From Lophium mytilinum (taxonomy: Eukaryota): a DNA stretch of 64,000 nt. The DNA lies in contig MU004192.1 in assembly GCA_010093605.1 (NCBI GenBank), positions 566,882 through 630,881 on the forward strand. The letters are read 5' to 3'. The position numbers and the translations under genes were made by a program. Of this stretch, positions 13,189 through 25,309 are shown in pieces. Numbering within the stretch: the first letter of the stretch is position 1; every line of letters starts with the position of its first letter. Below the pieces are notes generated by a model. The model was not told the DNA's origin. It saw only the letters and a program-made list of their open reading frames with translations, and searched no databases.

Positions 13189-16100
13189 TCAGTTGCGTTT
13201 GTTCAAAGTAGGAGCCGGCGATGGGTGGTAAGTCCAGTGCCCGTCCCGGAAAAGCCTCTCTCGGGCCTCCCTGTCCCGCTTCTTCTCGGATGTGGTGATC
13301 TCGTCGTTCGTCCAGCGCGCGCTGCTGGTGCGCTTCCTGAACTTCTCGTGCCTCTCCGGGTGGTCCTTGAAGATCTTCTCCATGTTCAAGGGCTGGATAG
13401 GCCCGAAGATCGTCTCCGGATCGATAAGCTGCTGGGCTTTCAGGAGTTCCTGAAGCTGGGGGGTGTTGGCCCAGTCCGGCCTCACGAAGCCGTTGTCATC
13501 GTCATCGTCTTCGGAGTCGGTGAAGCAGTCCGGAAGCTCGATCTCGTTACCCGGGTTGAAAGAGCTTGGGGAAGACTTGGTCGTGCTTGGTGCCGGTGCG
13601 AGCATGCCACGAACAGGCGTCTTGTAGTTCTGTCCATAGTGGTTGGTGTTCGCAGGTGGATTCGGAGCCTCAGCGAAGGGAATCTTGCCGTTTGCAAACC
13701 TCGCCATCTCGCCTGTCTGGCTCGATTTCATCTGCTGCTGGGAATAGGCATGGCCAGTGGCAGTCTTAAGCATTGTGGAAGTTTGTTGGGGCGCCTGCAT
13801 GTAGCCGCTGGGGAACCTGTTGGCTGCATCCTTGCGCATGTTCGAGTGTCGAATCGGAGGCGCTTTCACCGATGGCATTTGCTGCTCGTACTCGTCTTCT
13901 TCGTCAACCGTCTTGCGGCGCTTGCCGTCCTGCTGCTGATATGATGGTCCAGCGCGCTGTATCGCTGGTCGTTGGACGGGCTCATCATCTTCGGGCCGGA
14001 AGATCCGCTTCGGTGGTTTCGCTGGGTTGATCGGAGGGACTGGACGGCTTTGATCCTGAATGGTTTGCATTCGGGAAACGGACTTTGCAGCACCAAGATC
14101 TGCCCGAGGGTGAGGCTGAGCTTGTGCTTTCTCCTGCTGCAGAGCATTGGTCTGGATTGTTAGCAGCTGAGCGTATGTAGAGTGGTGATTAGAACCTACC
14201 AAGTTGTTTGGGCCAGGTCTGCTCGCAGGACGAGCTGCCTGCTGGCGCTCCGCCTGCTGGCGCTCCGCCTGCTGGCGTTCTGCTTGTTGGCGCTCCTGCC
14301 TTTCTAGCCTCTCTTGGTGCTTTTGCTTCGCTTCCGCAATAGCCTTCAGCGTTGCCTTCGTCCGCTCTTGATCCGCCAGCCTCGCAGCCTTTTGTTCCGT
14401 GAGTTCCTTCTCAGCTCGCTCCTTCTCGTCCGCTGCGGCCTTCTGGGCAGCCCTCGCTTTCTTGAAGACCAATTCGCGTTGTTCAGCGGCTTTTCGCTCT
14501 TTCTCGATTTTCTCGTCCTCGGCCTTTTGAGCTCGTTTCTGCTCCAATTCTCGGCGCTTTTGCTCCTTTTCTGCAGCCTTCCGCTCTTCCTCCTTCTTTT
14601 TGTTGGCTGCAGCCATCAAAGCACGATTCATTCGGGGAGGTGGATGACTGGATGATGCAGAGCGGTTGAGGGTCTCTGCACTTGCCTTGTTTGCAATCTC
14701 TGGCTGCTTCGGCTGAGCTTGCGCAGCCTGGGCTGCAGGCTGTCCGAACCGACTTCCAGTCAGATTGACTCGGATGACTGGTGGCTTAGCCTTCGGGAGC
14801 GTGTCTTTGCTTGCTGCCTTAAGTAAACGTTTTGGCTCCCTTAGTTTCTGACCTCCAGTGGGCAGATTGCTCTTTGGGGCTGCTGGCGGAGGCATCCTAT
14901 GGGAGGAAGTGGGCCTCTCGTCTTCAGCAGCAGTTCCGTCGACTTTGCCTGCAGTTCCAGGCCTAGGCAATGCTGGCTGAGGCTCCTTCGCGGTCGCCTT
15001 GGCCTTCTGGAACTGAGTAGCCGCTTTCTGGCGTTCCTTCTCCCGGATCTTCTCGAGACTTTCGTCAGCTCGCTGCTTGTCCATGGCTTCTCGCGTCTCC
15101 TGTTCTTTCCGCTTCTCTTCACGCTCGGTCGAGCTTCTGGTCCTCCGGCCTTCGTCCTTGCTATCTCTAGAAACGGGTCGATCGTCTAGCTGACCAGGCT
15201 GTGTTCGTTTCTTCGGGCTGAAAATGCTCTCGAATGAGGCTTTAGGAGCAAGCTGACGTTGGGGGCTTTGATTTAACGCGTCCAGCTTCGCCTGAGCGCT
15301 GGCTGCACTCGATCCAATGAACTTCTCCTTTGCCGCTCTGATTGCAGCGTAGAGCTTCGATTTGGAAGCACTGACGGGTCCATCCGGGAATTTCTTCCCC
15401 GTTGGAGAACCGGGAGGAGTATTTGTCTCGAGGACCGTTGAGAGGTCGACCGGGTTTGAGACCGTGATAGCCTTCTCGAGTCCCAGTGCGTTTCCAGCAC
15501 TGGGCTTGTTGGGAGAAGAGATGGAGGATGCGGAGGCTGATTTATTGTGACCAAACATACCGAAGACCTTGTGTGGGGACTTGGTAGGAGACTTGATGTC
15601 GTCGTAGGTGAGTCCACTCTTCCTCTTGACTTCTCCATATCGCTGTTCAACTACGTCAGCAGAATGACTTTTGAAAAGTTGGGGCCTGGCTTCTTGATCA
15701 ATTTCACTAACAGGTAGAATAGGCGCAAGCTTTTCTTTGAAAAGTTGCGACTTAGACTTCCTGGCAGGTTCCTTGACCGGAAGGATAGGCGCAATCCAGT
15801 CTTCGTCGTCGTCCGTGGCATCACCCATGTCAATGTCGCGGGTAGCTGTCGTGGTTTCCGGGGCATGTGGGACAACCGCTTTCGGCTTTTCGGTTTCCTC
15901 AGATGGAAGTTGCGGATAAGCAGGCTGGGAAGACGGGTTAGTCTGAGAAGCAGACTTCGAAGAGTCTCGCTCCTTCGACTGTCCCAGCATATTGATACGA
16001 TCATGCAGGCGTTGAGTGGATGTCTTGTTGTGAATCTTGGTGGTTTCGGATTGGAAGCGTGGGAGATCTGGTCTCTGAATGACATCGACGTCCATAACGT

Positions 16101-17413
16101 CCTCGTTGTGATCGTCGTGGTCGTCATGGTTGTCATGATCCTCCACAGGTGGAACGTACTGTGATCCCCCAAGGCTTTTGCCTCCGGTAAACCGCCCCAT
16201 CTGGCTACCTCGAGACTTTGTCGGTTCGACGTGGCTTGTTCGGGAGGTGCGATTGCCCATGCTCTTCTTAGTCACGAGTGGTTCGCGTGCTGGGAGCGAC
16301 GCAAATGTCAAGCTGCTCTTGCGAACGAGAGGCTTGACAGGGCTGGAGCCATCTGATGGCGATCGCACTTCGTCCAGGTCCATCTGGCTTTGGTTGTCTT
16401 CCGTGCCGTTGAGAACTGACGACCATTTGGAGTTGGAGGCGGTTTCAACAGACGCGCTGTATTGATCATCGATAGCTCTATTATTCGCGTCGGGCTCGTC
16501 GATCATCATGGACTGATCGGGCATTACATTAAGATCGTCATCGACAGCCTTCCAGTTGCCAGTGTTGCTAGAGTCCTGGCTGGGCGCGTTCTTGTTTTCG
16601 AACACCTCATGAGCTGAGACGAAGGACTCATCGGTTGTGCGTCGTTCGCCATCTGAGAAAACATGCATGTCATGTTGAGTAGGTTGTGTAGATTGGGTTG
16701 CTTGTTGTGTGAAAATTTGAGTCGAGTCCTGAGTCTCTGGCTCCGTTTCTTGGGTGGACTGAGCTGCAGGCTGACTCCAATCGAACGACTTTGCGGCCAA
16801 AGGCGCGCGATCGTTCACCACCTCATCTTCGCTGACACCGTGATATCCTGAGTCGACCGTTTTAATGAGACGGATGGGGCTTGGTTTTGCGGATACATAA
16901 GATTGGGGCGCGGGGGAGGGGTTTTGGTTCTCCTGGTCTTCAGCGACCTTGAACTGAGCAACGTTCTTGTAGAACTGGGTTTTCTTCGCGGGGCTGAGCG
17001 CAGACTGAACATTTGGTGCGAATATGTCGCTGAGAGGCTGCGAGCTGTTAGTTGATACGTCCAATACGTGAATTGGGTGACTGGTATTTACCTGGCGGGC
17101 CTCGAGGGGATTCTTCTTCCGGGCTGTTCGCGGTGTCTTTCCACGTAGCTTTCCGGGTGTTTTGAATATGTCGGCAACGTTACTACTATCGCGCGTCAGT
17201 ACTTGATAGATCTAGACTCGGGGACGCGTCGACTTACACTCCATCGTGGCGGAAGACGTCGGCCATGTGCTCGTTGAGCCATTCCAGCTCATTGCGCACA
17301 GAGTATCCAAATTCTTCGACTTCCAAGTCTACGAGCTGGTTCGCCTGATGGCGCTCGCTGAGTAGCCACTGCGCAGAGCCCACAGAGGGGACCTTAGACC
17401 GGATTCCGGCCAT
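13189..17413 (-). CDS. Inner centromere protein (INCENP/Sli15/Pic1-like), chromosomal passenger complex subunit
   Basis: C-terminal IN-box (ELPDCFTDSED...PDWA...LKAQQLIDPETIFG...LNMEKIF...KFRKRTSSARW), long K/E/R-rich SAH/coiled coil, and N-terminal exon MAGIRSK...SVRNELEWLNEHMADVF from ATG 17413. Introns near 17190-17235, 17045-17090 and 14155-14200. Confidence 0.9.
14236..14300 (-). repeat. 15-bp coding repeat (AERQQ)n within INCENP
   Basis: GCCTGCTGGCGCTCC-like units repeat on the + strand. The protein reads ERQQAERQQAERQQAERQQA. Confidence 0.85.
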
Positions 17414-18650
17414 GGTGACGGGTTGTGGGAGGGTTTTTGGCGGGCGGAAAACGCGTCGTTCGTGCTGCTGAACCAAAAGAGCAAACCGGGATCCAATGCG
17501 GGGGTTTAGCTGCGGTGCATCTCGGGAATGGGGGTGGTGGCTGCCAGTTCGCGAAGATGGGTGTGGGCGGTGGTGAGGGACTGTTGTGAAGGCGAGACGG
17601 GTTTGTTTGTGATGGCTTCCCGTGCCAAGCCTAAGGTCCCTGCGCCGTACTAACCACTTCAATTCACCTGCTAACCCTCTTTACTTTGCACACTAATTCT
17701 GCTTCGCCTTCAGACGAGAAGTTGGGATATGAATATACGATACAAGCGAAAGAGTGGAGTTCCTGGAGTGTAATGAAGACTTTCAGAGCAGAAATCATGT
17801 GGTGGGATTGGGTGCTGTGAATATCGTCTCGTGTTCTTACAATACACTACTGAGGGGCGTTCCATGTGCTATTTGAGACTCGAAAGAGGTGAGGATATCT
17901 TGAGAACATGCGTTTAGTTGGAAGGCTATTCAATCTCATGATGCCGCTACTGGGGGGCGGTGCTTCAAGGAGTTTGACATAGAACTATGAAGGCTCGAAT
18001 TGATGTTTGCACTTTCTAAGAGCACTCGCACCACGGTGACTATCTGGACATCTCTGTACCTCTCATGGCTATCCCTTCGTTACCGGCTTACTACTTCACC
18101 ACACCCCCATTTGCACTCGGACCCCCTTCCACCGTAGCTCCTTCGGAACCAGCTACCGGATCTTTTTGCTCTCTTCTACTAACATCAGCAAACCCATATC
18201 TATCATTCACATCGACTAAACTCATCCGGACGACCCATTTGCAGCCGAGCTGCCCATTTTACAGCGCTCCAAATGCCGATCATTAGTGCAACACGGATGA
18301 TAGATACCGATCTATGCACTTACGCATTTAGTAATTGCCCAAAACATCGAGCTTCTCTTTCATCCGGAATGCCGAACGTACATACTATGAGGCTCTTCAC
18401 GCAGCGATAAATGAAGCGTACTTGTATCTATGATGAGGCGTTGCACCTGTACAATCCATTATGCGACATAGAAGCGAGTCGAATGGGTTGTGCTAGCGGA
18501 GCTCTCATCACACAAAAGCGTCTTTCAACAAAAGCAATTCCCATTCAATAAACCATGATCATGATATTGTTGTGATGGTGTGACTGACGTAGCTCAAGCA
18601 AATCCAACTATGCTTCATATACTAAAAGCGTGAAACCTGAGCCCTCATAT

Positions 18651-20626
18651 TCACCCCGAGCGAGGCTTCTTCGCCTTCCCATTCTTCCTAAACTCCCTCT
18701 TCGCCTTCTTCGCCGCCGGCGGGCTAATGCTAATAGGCGTCGGCGTCGGGTCCGGACCGTTAAGGGCAGTATTATACGTCGCATTCGAAGGCAACTCCTC
18801 CAACTGTATCGTCCCATTGCCCTCCCTATAACTGCTCGTAGGCGTGCCGACAGTCTTATACTTAGGCGTGACCTTGTGCTCGCCGGTCGCGATATCCTTC
18901 TGCGCCATCGCTCGCTCAAAGATAGTGAGTGCGGCGAGCGGTTGGTAGAACGGCACTTCGTGTCCGGACTCGAAGATCCTAACGAAGCTGAAGAGGCCGC
19001 TCTGCCTGACCTGGCCGTGCACGATGTCGTCGGGGGTTGTGAGGTTGACGAAGCCGGCGCTGGAGTAGCCGGGGGCGCAGATTTCTTCGGCTACGACTTG
19101 ACCGCCGAGCCAGTTGCAGTTGAAGTCCCTGGAGAGGTTAGCTTAGGTCGGGTGGAGATGGTTAGGAGGACTCACGCGTCTCCGAAGTACATCATCACTT
19201 GCACGCCTTGCTTGAGAAGCTTTTGCACGGCCTCGATAGTGCCAGATTCCCTGTCGTCATCACCGGTGGTTCCGAATGCTGTCGAGACAGTGACGGAACT
19301 GTCCGAGAAATTCTGGAAAGCACCGATAGCCTTTTGCACTTCTGGCGTGTTGAGATAGGCGACGTAGTAATTATACGGGAACGGATCCGTGTTCAAAAAT
19401 CGCATATCATACTCGTCCCGATCGGCGTAAAGATCGTACAGGTATTCGACTGCAAGGTAGCAGAAGTTGTCAGCAGCGCTGCAGACGTCGTTTTCGCCAG
19501 TGGCGTAACAATGCTTGGTTTGATCAACGCAGTTGCCTGGACCGTACAGGTTGTTGTACCACTCTGCTTTGACGCTGGCGTTATATGGATCGTAATCATA
19601 GGTGTTTCCAGGGAAGACGGTGTAGTTGTAGTACGCTTGGTATTGGATCAAGGGGTCGTACCACCCGTTTCCGATCAACACGTTCTCTAGCTTGATCTTG
19701 TGAGCGCCGGGAATATTCTTCGCGTTCTGTTGCTCAATGTATTCTACAGAATGTCAGCGTGAACTCAAACTCCATGTGGTTTCAAATGCCAAGGCATCCA
19801 AATCCCTCACTACTCACCATTGAAGACGGGGCCGTAATGACCGCCATAGCTCTCGGTCGTGAAAGAGAATCCGTGACGAGAGTACTGAGGAAATGCACCC
19901 ATGAACCCTTGCAGGGTCTTCCACATACTCGGAGCTGCACCTTGGGTGGTGTTCGCTGTCAATGTTGGATCCGGTTTGGAATATGTGCCGCAAGTCTCAT
20001 AGCCCTGAGCATATTCGGGGCAGGTAGTGTCCGGTAGCTGGATGATCTGTCCATTGTTGTCTTTGTACCCAGGAATTGGGATAGAATAAGAGAAGCCGAC
20101 TTGGGTAGGGTGGTCGATGAAGAGCATGTTACTCGCGTTAGACCACGAGTATGGGTTATTGTAGGGAGATCCATCGGCATCGATCCCACAAGGACCAAGT
20201 TCTTGGAAGAGACCAATCATTGAAGAAGATCCAGGGCCTCCGTTGATCCATACCGTGAGCGGCGCTGTAGCTGGATCCTCGTTGCGTGATTCGAAAAACC
20301 ACCTTCGTATGGTTAGCTTATACTAGGGAGATATATCGACACTTCAAAACTTGAAGATTGACGCTTTTGCTGGTGAAGCACTCGAGTTTGGAGGAGCAAG
20401 TTGCTTACCAGAACACGTGCTCGTTCTCGGCTATGTCTGCGTAGCCAGAGTAGCTCTTGACATTGGGATCCAATTCACAGATCCCAGCTGGCACCTCTTT
20501 GTATCGCACATTGATATCCGCATATCCCTTCTTGGTGATCAAGTCCGTGGGTGCTGGGACGAATTGTCCAACGACGACAGAAGCCACGCTGAAGCACAGC
20601 AGGCCAGGGGAGAGTAGCGAGAGCAT
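18651..20626 (-). CDS. Secreted serine carboxypeptidase (peptidase S10, carboxypeptidase S1-like), multi-exon
   Basis: Signal peptide, SYSGY, WINGGPGSSSMIGLFQELGPC, NPYSW, catalytic TESYGG, IGNGWYDP, YFGDAD, and catalytic His in SGHEVPFYQP. Confidence 0.95.
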
Positions 20627-22030
20627 CTTATTGACTAGACAGCTCTGCAGGATTCAGAGAGGTTCTAGACGACTCAAAAAAGGCTCCGAAGAGAATCACG
20701 ATCAATTGAAATCACTCTAGCCTCAGAGGTAGCTTCAGAAGTTCAATTGAATGGATCTGAGAGCTGATGACGAAAAATCTCACGGCGGGGAGGGGAGATT
20801 TCATAGCTTTTGAGCCAGGCAGCCAGGGTAGCTTCGCAGCTCGGCTTGATAAGTGCTCCCAACCTTACCTTCCCTGTCTGGCAAAGCCCGCCATCGTGGT
20901 ACGAGCCTGTCTTGCCCTACCTAGGTGTTTGCCACGGGGAACCTGGGAAGAGCCGGTCATCGCCGGCTCGTCAGTAGTTGCCTGCAAGATAAAGTCCAAT
21001 AGGCTCGTTCTTCTAAGCCATTTGAAGGTTGTTTATGAGGTGCTGGGGCGGGTACCTACGATCCGGCACATCTAGTCCCACGAATCCTACACTGTGGATA
21101 CGAACACCGTGTGTAACAAACCTCGTGGTACTGCTTGTGCAGATCAAAACAGCGGTAAGACCGAATCGACACGCGAGATCTATGGCACAGATGAAACAGA
21201 GGTGAATAGAGAGCATCAATGAAGCTCTCGAAACTGTGATCATAGCACCGCTTCGTCTGAAGCCCGCACCGGTGCCCCACGGAGGCCGGGGCACAGAGGG
21301 AACAAGCGTTGACAAGGCACCCTAGGGAAAGCTTGGGGCCCGGCGATGGCACAAGGTCTTTAGACAATCGCAGAATCAGGCACAGCGTTTCAAAGTAGCG
21401 AAAAGCAAAGTAAGACGATCCTTGACGTGTCTCACTGAACAGCAGAAGAAGTAGACCGCGCATAAGTTCCCTCTCTTCTCTTCATTGACGGCTAGAAATG
21501 AATTGACAAGTCCCTTGAGGCCCCACAGTCTTCGCAAGCTGCTCATGCCGTCATCATAAGCAATCAGGCCCTGATAGTAAGGTAGTTGTCCATAGCTGCC
21601 AACGAGCTAGGGTTCATCGGGCAGGTGGATCGCTCCAGGTACCGGACAAGGCCTTTCTTCCGAAGCTCGGCTGTCCGCAATCAAGATGCTGGTGATGTGA
21701 TCGATTTCGCCCAGAAAGGCAGATAAACATCGCGCATCGGTGGGGTAGAGAAGAGAGCTTCGATGGTTGGTGATGGAGAGAAGCTTTGAGGAAGCACGCT
21801 AAGGGCGGGATTTCAGCCGCCATCCGTGGATACTCCAACGCTATCGGATATTCACCATTAGCATGCCATTCTTGAGAAGCATCCTGGAAGAGACGTGATC
21901 ACCACCATGGCCGCCAAGGACTTGTCTCGTTGCTTGCCACTATGGATGCCTTGGTTCCATCGCTCCTCTAGACGTCCGCTCCCGCCCTGACAGCTTGTTT
22001 GATCGCAAAGGCACAACAATCACCACCATC

Positions 22031-22765
22031 ATGCCTCTGGAGCTCCTCGAGGCGGTACCAGCCGACAGCGAGGCTATTGCCCTCCTCTTTGCTCTCTCCT
22101 GGACGTCTCCATTCACTCGCCTCCAATTCGGTAACGTCGATACGGATGAGCTAGCGCGCGACATGGCACCGCGGATTGCCGACCACATTAAGAAACCGGG
22201 GATGAAATTCATCGTGACGAAGGACCAAGGGAGTGGAGAGATCGCCAGTGTCGCGCAATGGTCTGTTCCTTTAGATGACCGTCCGGACGAGCCTGAGGTA
22301 AAGGAAGCGGCTGAGGACGAGACAGAGCGCCAGGAGCTAGAGGACGAAGCCTATAGGAAGAAACTACCGGAGAACTCAAACAAGGATTTGATCATGGAGT
22401 TTACGCTCGGGACGAGGAAGCTGAGAAAGGATGCCTTGGGGGAGCAGAAGTGCTACTGTGAGTCTGGGCAATCATTAGACCAATTGGATTGATACTGACG
22501 GACTTTGGTAGTACTTGAGAATCTCGCGACCCATCCCTCCTATCGCGGTCAAGGTCTTGCCTCGAAACTCATAAATTGGGCATTCGTTCGAGCGGACGAG
22601 GAAGGCGTTATTGTATATTTGGATACTGCACGGGATAACAAGGCGCTTCAATTGTATAAGAAGTTAGGGTTCGAGGAAGTTGGCAGCACGACAATTGAGA
22701 GTTTGAGCATCTATGGCGGGGAAGGATTTCATACACACGTTGCTTTAATCAGACACCCCAAGTAG
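22031..22765 (+). CDS. GNAT family N-acetyltransferase (2 exons)
   Basis: ORFs 21995-22492 and 22505-22765 are joined by an intron (gtgagt...ggtag). Acetyl-CoA motif LATHPSYRGQGLAS and LYKKLGF are present. Confidence 0.9.
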
Positions 22766-23273
22766 AGAGACATCGTGATGGCTTAGAATGAGTGTAGGGT
22801 TCGGTTAGCAATATGAAATCCGACTGGTGAGACAGGTATTCTCTTGTCCGCAAAAGCCTTCCTTATTTCAGTCATTCATTCCAACTTCTTAAACATGACC
22901 CCATCATTCCCTCAAAGCTCACGTATTCCGAGGTGCTCTTATCACTACGTCACGTTTACAAGAGAGAGTCGTCCAAATGCATAGGTAATGGTATTGCTAC
23001 CTAGGGGCAGGTCAATTGAATGTCCTCCCAAAGAATATCAGCTCCCGAACGCCTTGTCAATTGAGCCCGTTTCAATTGACATCCATGCCAGGCCATATCC
23101 GTCAGTATTGAAGCCACCACCAGTCAAGGGTATATCGAGGAGAGACGGTAGGGGCTTCCGTGCCAAGCTTCATTGAACCTGCCGAGCCGGTGTCAGATGT
23201 AGAGAGAGACCACAAGTTCAATATAGACGGACAAACCTCATGTCCCCGTCAACTTCCCTGGAAGCGATGCCGT

Positions 23274-23720
23274 TCAATTGCAGTTGCTGTAGCCGCATGT
23301 TCTGCACTGGGTAAGGTTAGCATCTCACTCTCCAGATCTGCACATGAGTATCACTCACGATCTGGTCGGCGCGACAGACCAAGAAGCTGCACGCCGCAGT
23401 CCAGTACTTGTTGTTTGGTTGTTCCTGCACGCACGTCAGTCTCGTTGCGTGCCTCAAGCTTAGAGCACAGCCAGTGCCAGAGTCGAGTGAGATGGACTTA
23501 CAGCGCAGCACTTGATGTAGGCGTTGAAGCAGTCGCCGCAGGTGGCATCGATATGAGCAGGATCACTCAGCGCGTTGATTCCGGTGAGGTCCACATTCAT
23601 CGTGCCGGCGAGGGCTGCACTGAGCTCGGCGCTGGCTGAGTTGGCTGCTGGCTGCGTAGGAACCGCAGAGACCATGACGCCGAGGGCACCGACGACGGCG
23701 AGAAGCATGTTGAACTTCAT
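23274..23720 (-). CDS. Small secreted cysteine-rich protein SSP-A (105 aa, 3 exons)
   Basis: Exons 23720-23502, 23424-23359 and 23306-23274 with phase-0 GT-AG introns. Signal peptide MKFNMLLAVVGALGVMVSA. C-terminus CGDCFNAYIKCCAEQPNNKYWTAACSFLVCRADQICRTCGYSNCN*. Confidence 0.85.
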
Positions 23721-23782
23721 GGTTGATTGTAGGTGTCTGAGTGGAGCTTTGAGGTGTTCTTAGGTTGCTGATTAAGAATAAA

Positions 23783-23866
23783 GATGAGTGTAAGTTGATG
23801 AGTGTAAGTTGATGAGTGTAGGTTGATGAGTGTAGGTTGATGAATGTAGGTTGACGAATGTAGGTT
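23783..23866. repeat. 14-bp minisatellite, 6 copies (GAYGARTGTARGTT)
   Basis: gatgagtgtaagtt x2, gatgagtgtaggtt x2, gatgaatgtaggtt, gacgaatgtaggtt. It lies just upstream of the SSP-A ATG. Confidence 0.95.
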
Positions 23867-24425
23867 GAAGAAGGTGATGATGTCGAGAGAAGGTTGAGGA
23901 GAGAAGGAAAGAGAGTCAGGCGCCTTTTATGTCCAACTTCCAGTGCTCACCGCAAGCGCAGCACCTCCACCGCCTCTTTCCGAAGTGAGAACGTGACCCG
24001 TCGGAAATGATAAGGATCTCACCAAGGGTTGGTAGGATAGTGCTAACGCTCTCCTATGTCCAAATTCCGGGGCACGCCGCAACCCATCAGCCGCCTATAT
24101 CTGATGTGACCTCGCGGGCATGGTAACCCCAGGTAAGTGTCACCCGGGTACGTCAGATCACGTTGCACGCTTGAGATTTCTAAGATGGACATTGAATCAT
24201 CACGACTTCATGGCGAAGTTGATCAGATCATTGATTTTTGGTTCCGATTGATGTCGGTGGCATGAGCTCAGTGGCTTTGCCTGGATATCTCACCACCATA
24301 CCCTATACGAAGAAAAGAAAACTCCATCACCAGAGAAGAAAACTCTCATGTCATTGACCCGCCGCCGGAAATTAGTCCTCGTGAACCCGTTCTATTCCCG
24401 TCGAAATGAGAGGTATTCAAGGGCG

Positions 24426-24768
24426 CTAGCAGTCATGGAAGCCGCATCTGTTGCGGCACTGAGAAAGATTAGTAAAGTAGCGGAGACATCCATGGAACGA
24501 TAGAACACTCACCATAGAGTTCGAGCAGACAGCTTGCTTGCATATCTTGGCGCAGGTGAAGTGGGCGCAAGGCTAGAAGGCAGTAATTAGACTTTGTTTC
24601 ATGGTAGGGAGAGCGGAGTAAACTTACAACAGAGCACGCAAGGAAATCCTCCTGGCAGGCGCTGCACGATGCTTCATCGTCGGTACGCTTCTCGTTGGTG
24701 ACTGGAGCCGCAGTAGCGAGCGCACTGAGGGTGGCGAGAGCGCCGACGATCATGGTAGTGACCTTCAT
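24426..24768 (-). CDS. Small secreted cysteine-rich protein SSP-B (77 aa, 3 exons, 10 Cys)
   Basis: Exons 24768-24628, 24572-24513 and 24458-24426 give MKVTTMIVGALATLSALATAAPVTNEKRTDDEASCSACQEDFLACSVPCAHFTCAKICKQAVCSNSMCRNRCGFHDC*. Signal peptide and a KR (Kex2-type) site are present. Confidence 0.88.
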
Positions 24769-25309
24769 GGTTAATGAGTTTGGGTTTTTGTCTGATGAGT
24801 AGGTGGTTGATTGAAGGAATTGGTGCTGGAGCAGTGTGATGATGAAAGTGGTGCTTGAGAAAGGTGGAGGTGGATGGAAAAAGAAGGGCAGCTGTGGGCA
24901 GATGACAGGTATATGTGCCCACCATCCCACGTGGCTACTCCGGTGGGCTGATACGGCACCGTTAGGGCCTGGCAAGTCAACCAAATGGTAGGAGCGCTCT
25001 CTCAACGGTCCGTGTCTTTCTAAGTGCTTTCGTGAGAAGTTCGAGGAAGTCTCCCCGGACGCCAACAGTAATGAGCGATGAAGATCCGAAGAGCAACGGA
25101 GCAGATGAAAACTTCAGTACAAGTGAAATGGAAGCGAAGAGCTGGTCTAAGGCAAGGTAAAGCAAGGTCTTACTTCCTCTTACTCTATAAGAACCAATTT
25201 CTCTTCAAACTTGAAGCGACCGAAGATAGACACCGTCTTTCCTGCTTCATCTTCTTCAGGCTTCTTTGGACCTGTTGCACCCAAGGCGGCACACACAGAG
25301 CTGTGAAAG

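Noticed and set aside
13147..16465. Long plus-strand ORFs antisense to INCENP (and similar shadows over CDC24, the carboxypeptidase and SER2)
   Set aside because: These are antisense shadows caused by GC3-biased codon usage.
23783..23866. Short direct repeats as a CRISPR-like or telomeric array
   Set aside because: There are no spacers, the context is eukaryotic, and the unit is not TTAGGG. It is a simple minisatellite.
23274..24768. SSPs as hydrophobins or DUF3328-type RiPP precursors
   Set aside because: Cys spacing lacks the two CC doublets of hydrophobins. There are no repeated KR-delimited core peptides and no DUF3328 gene in the window.
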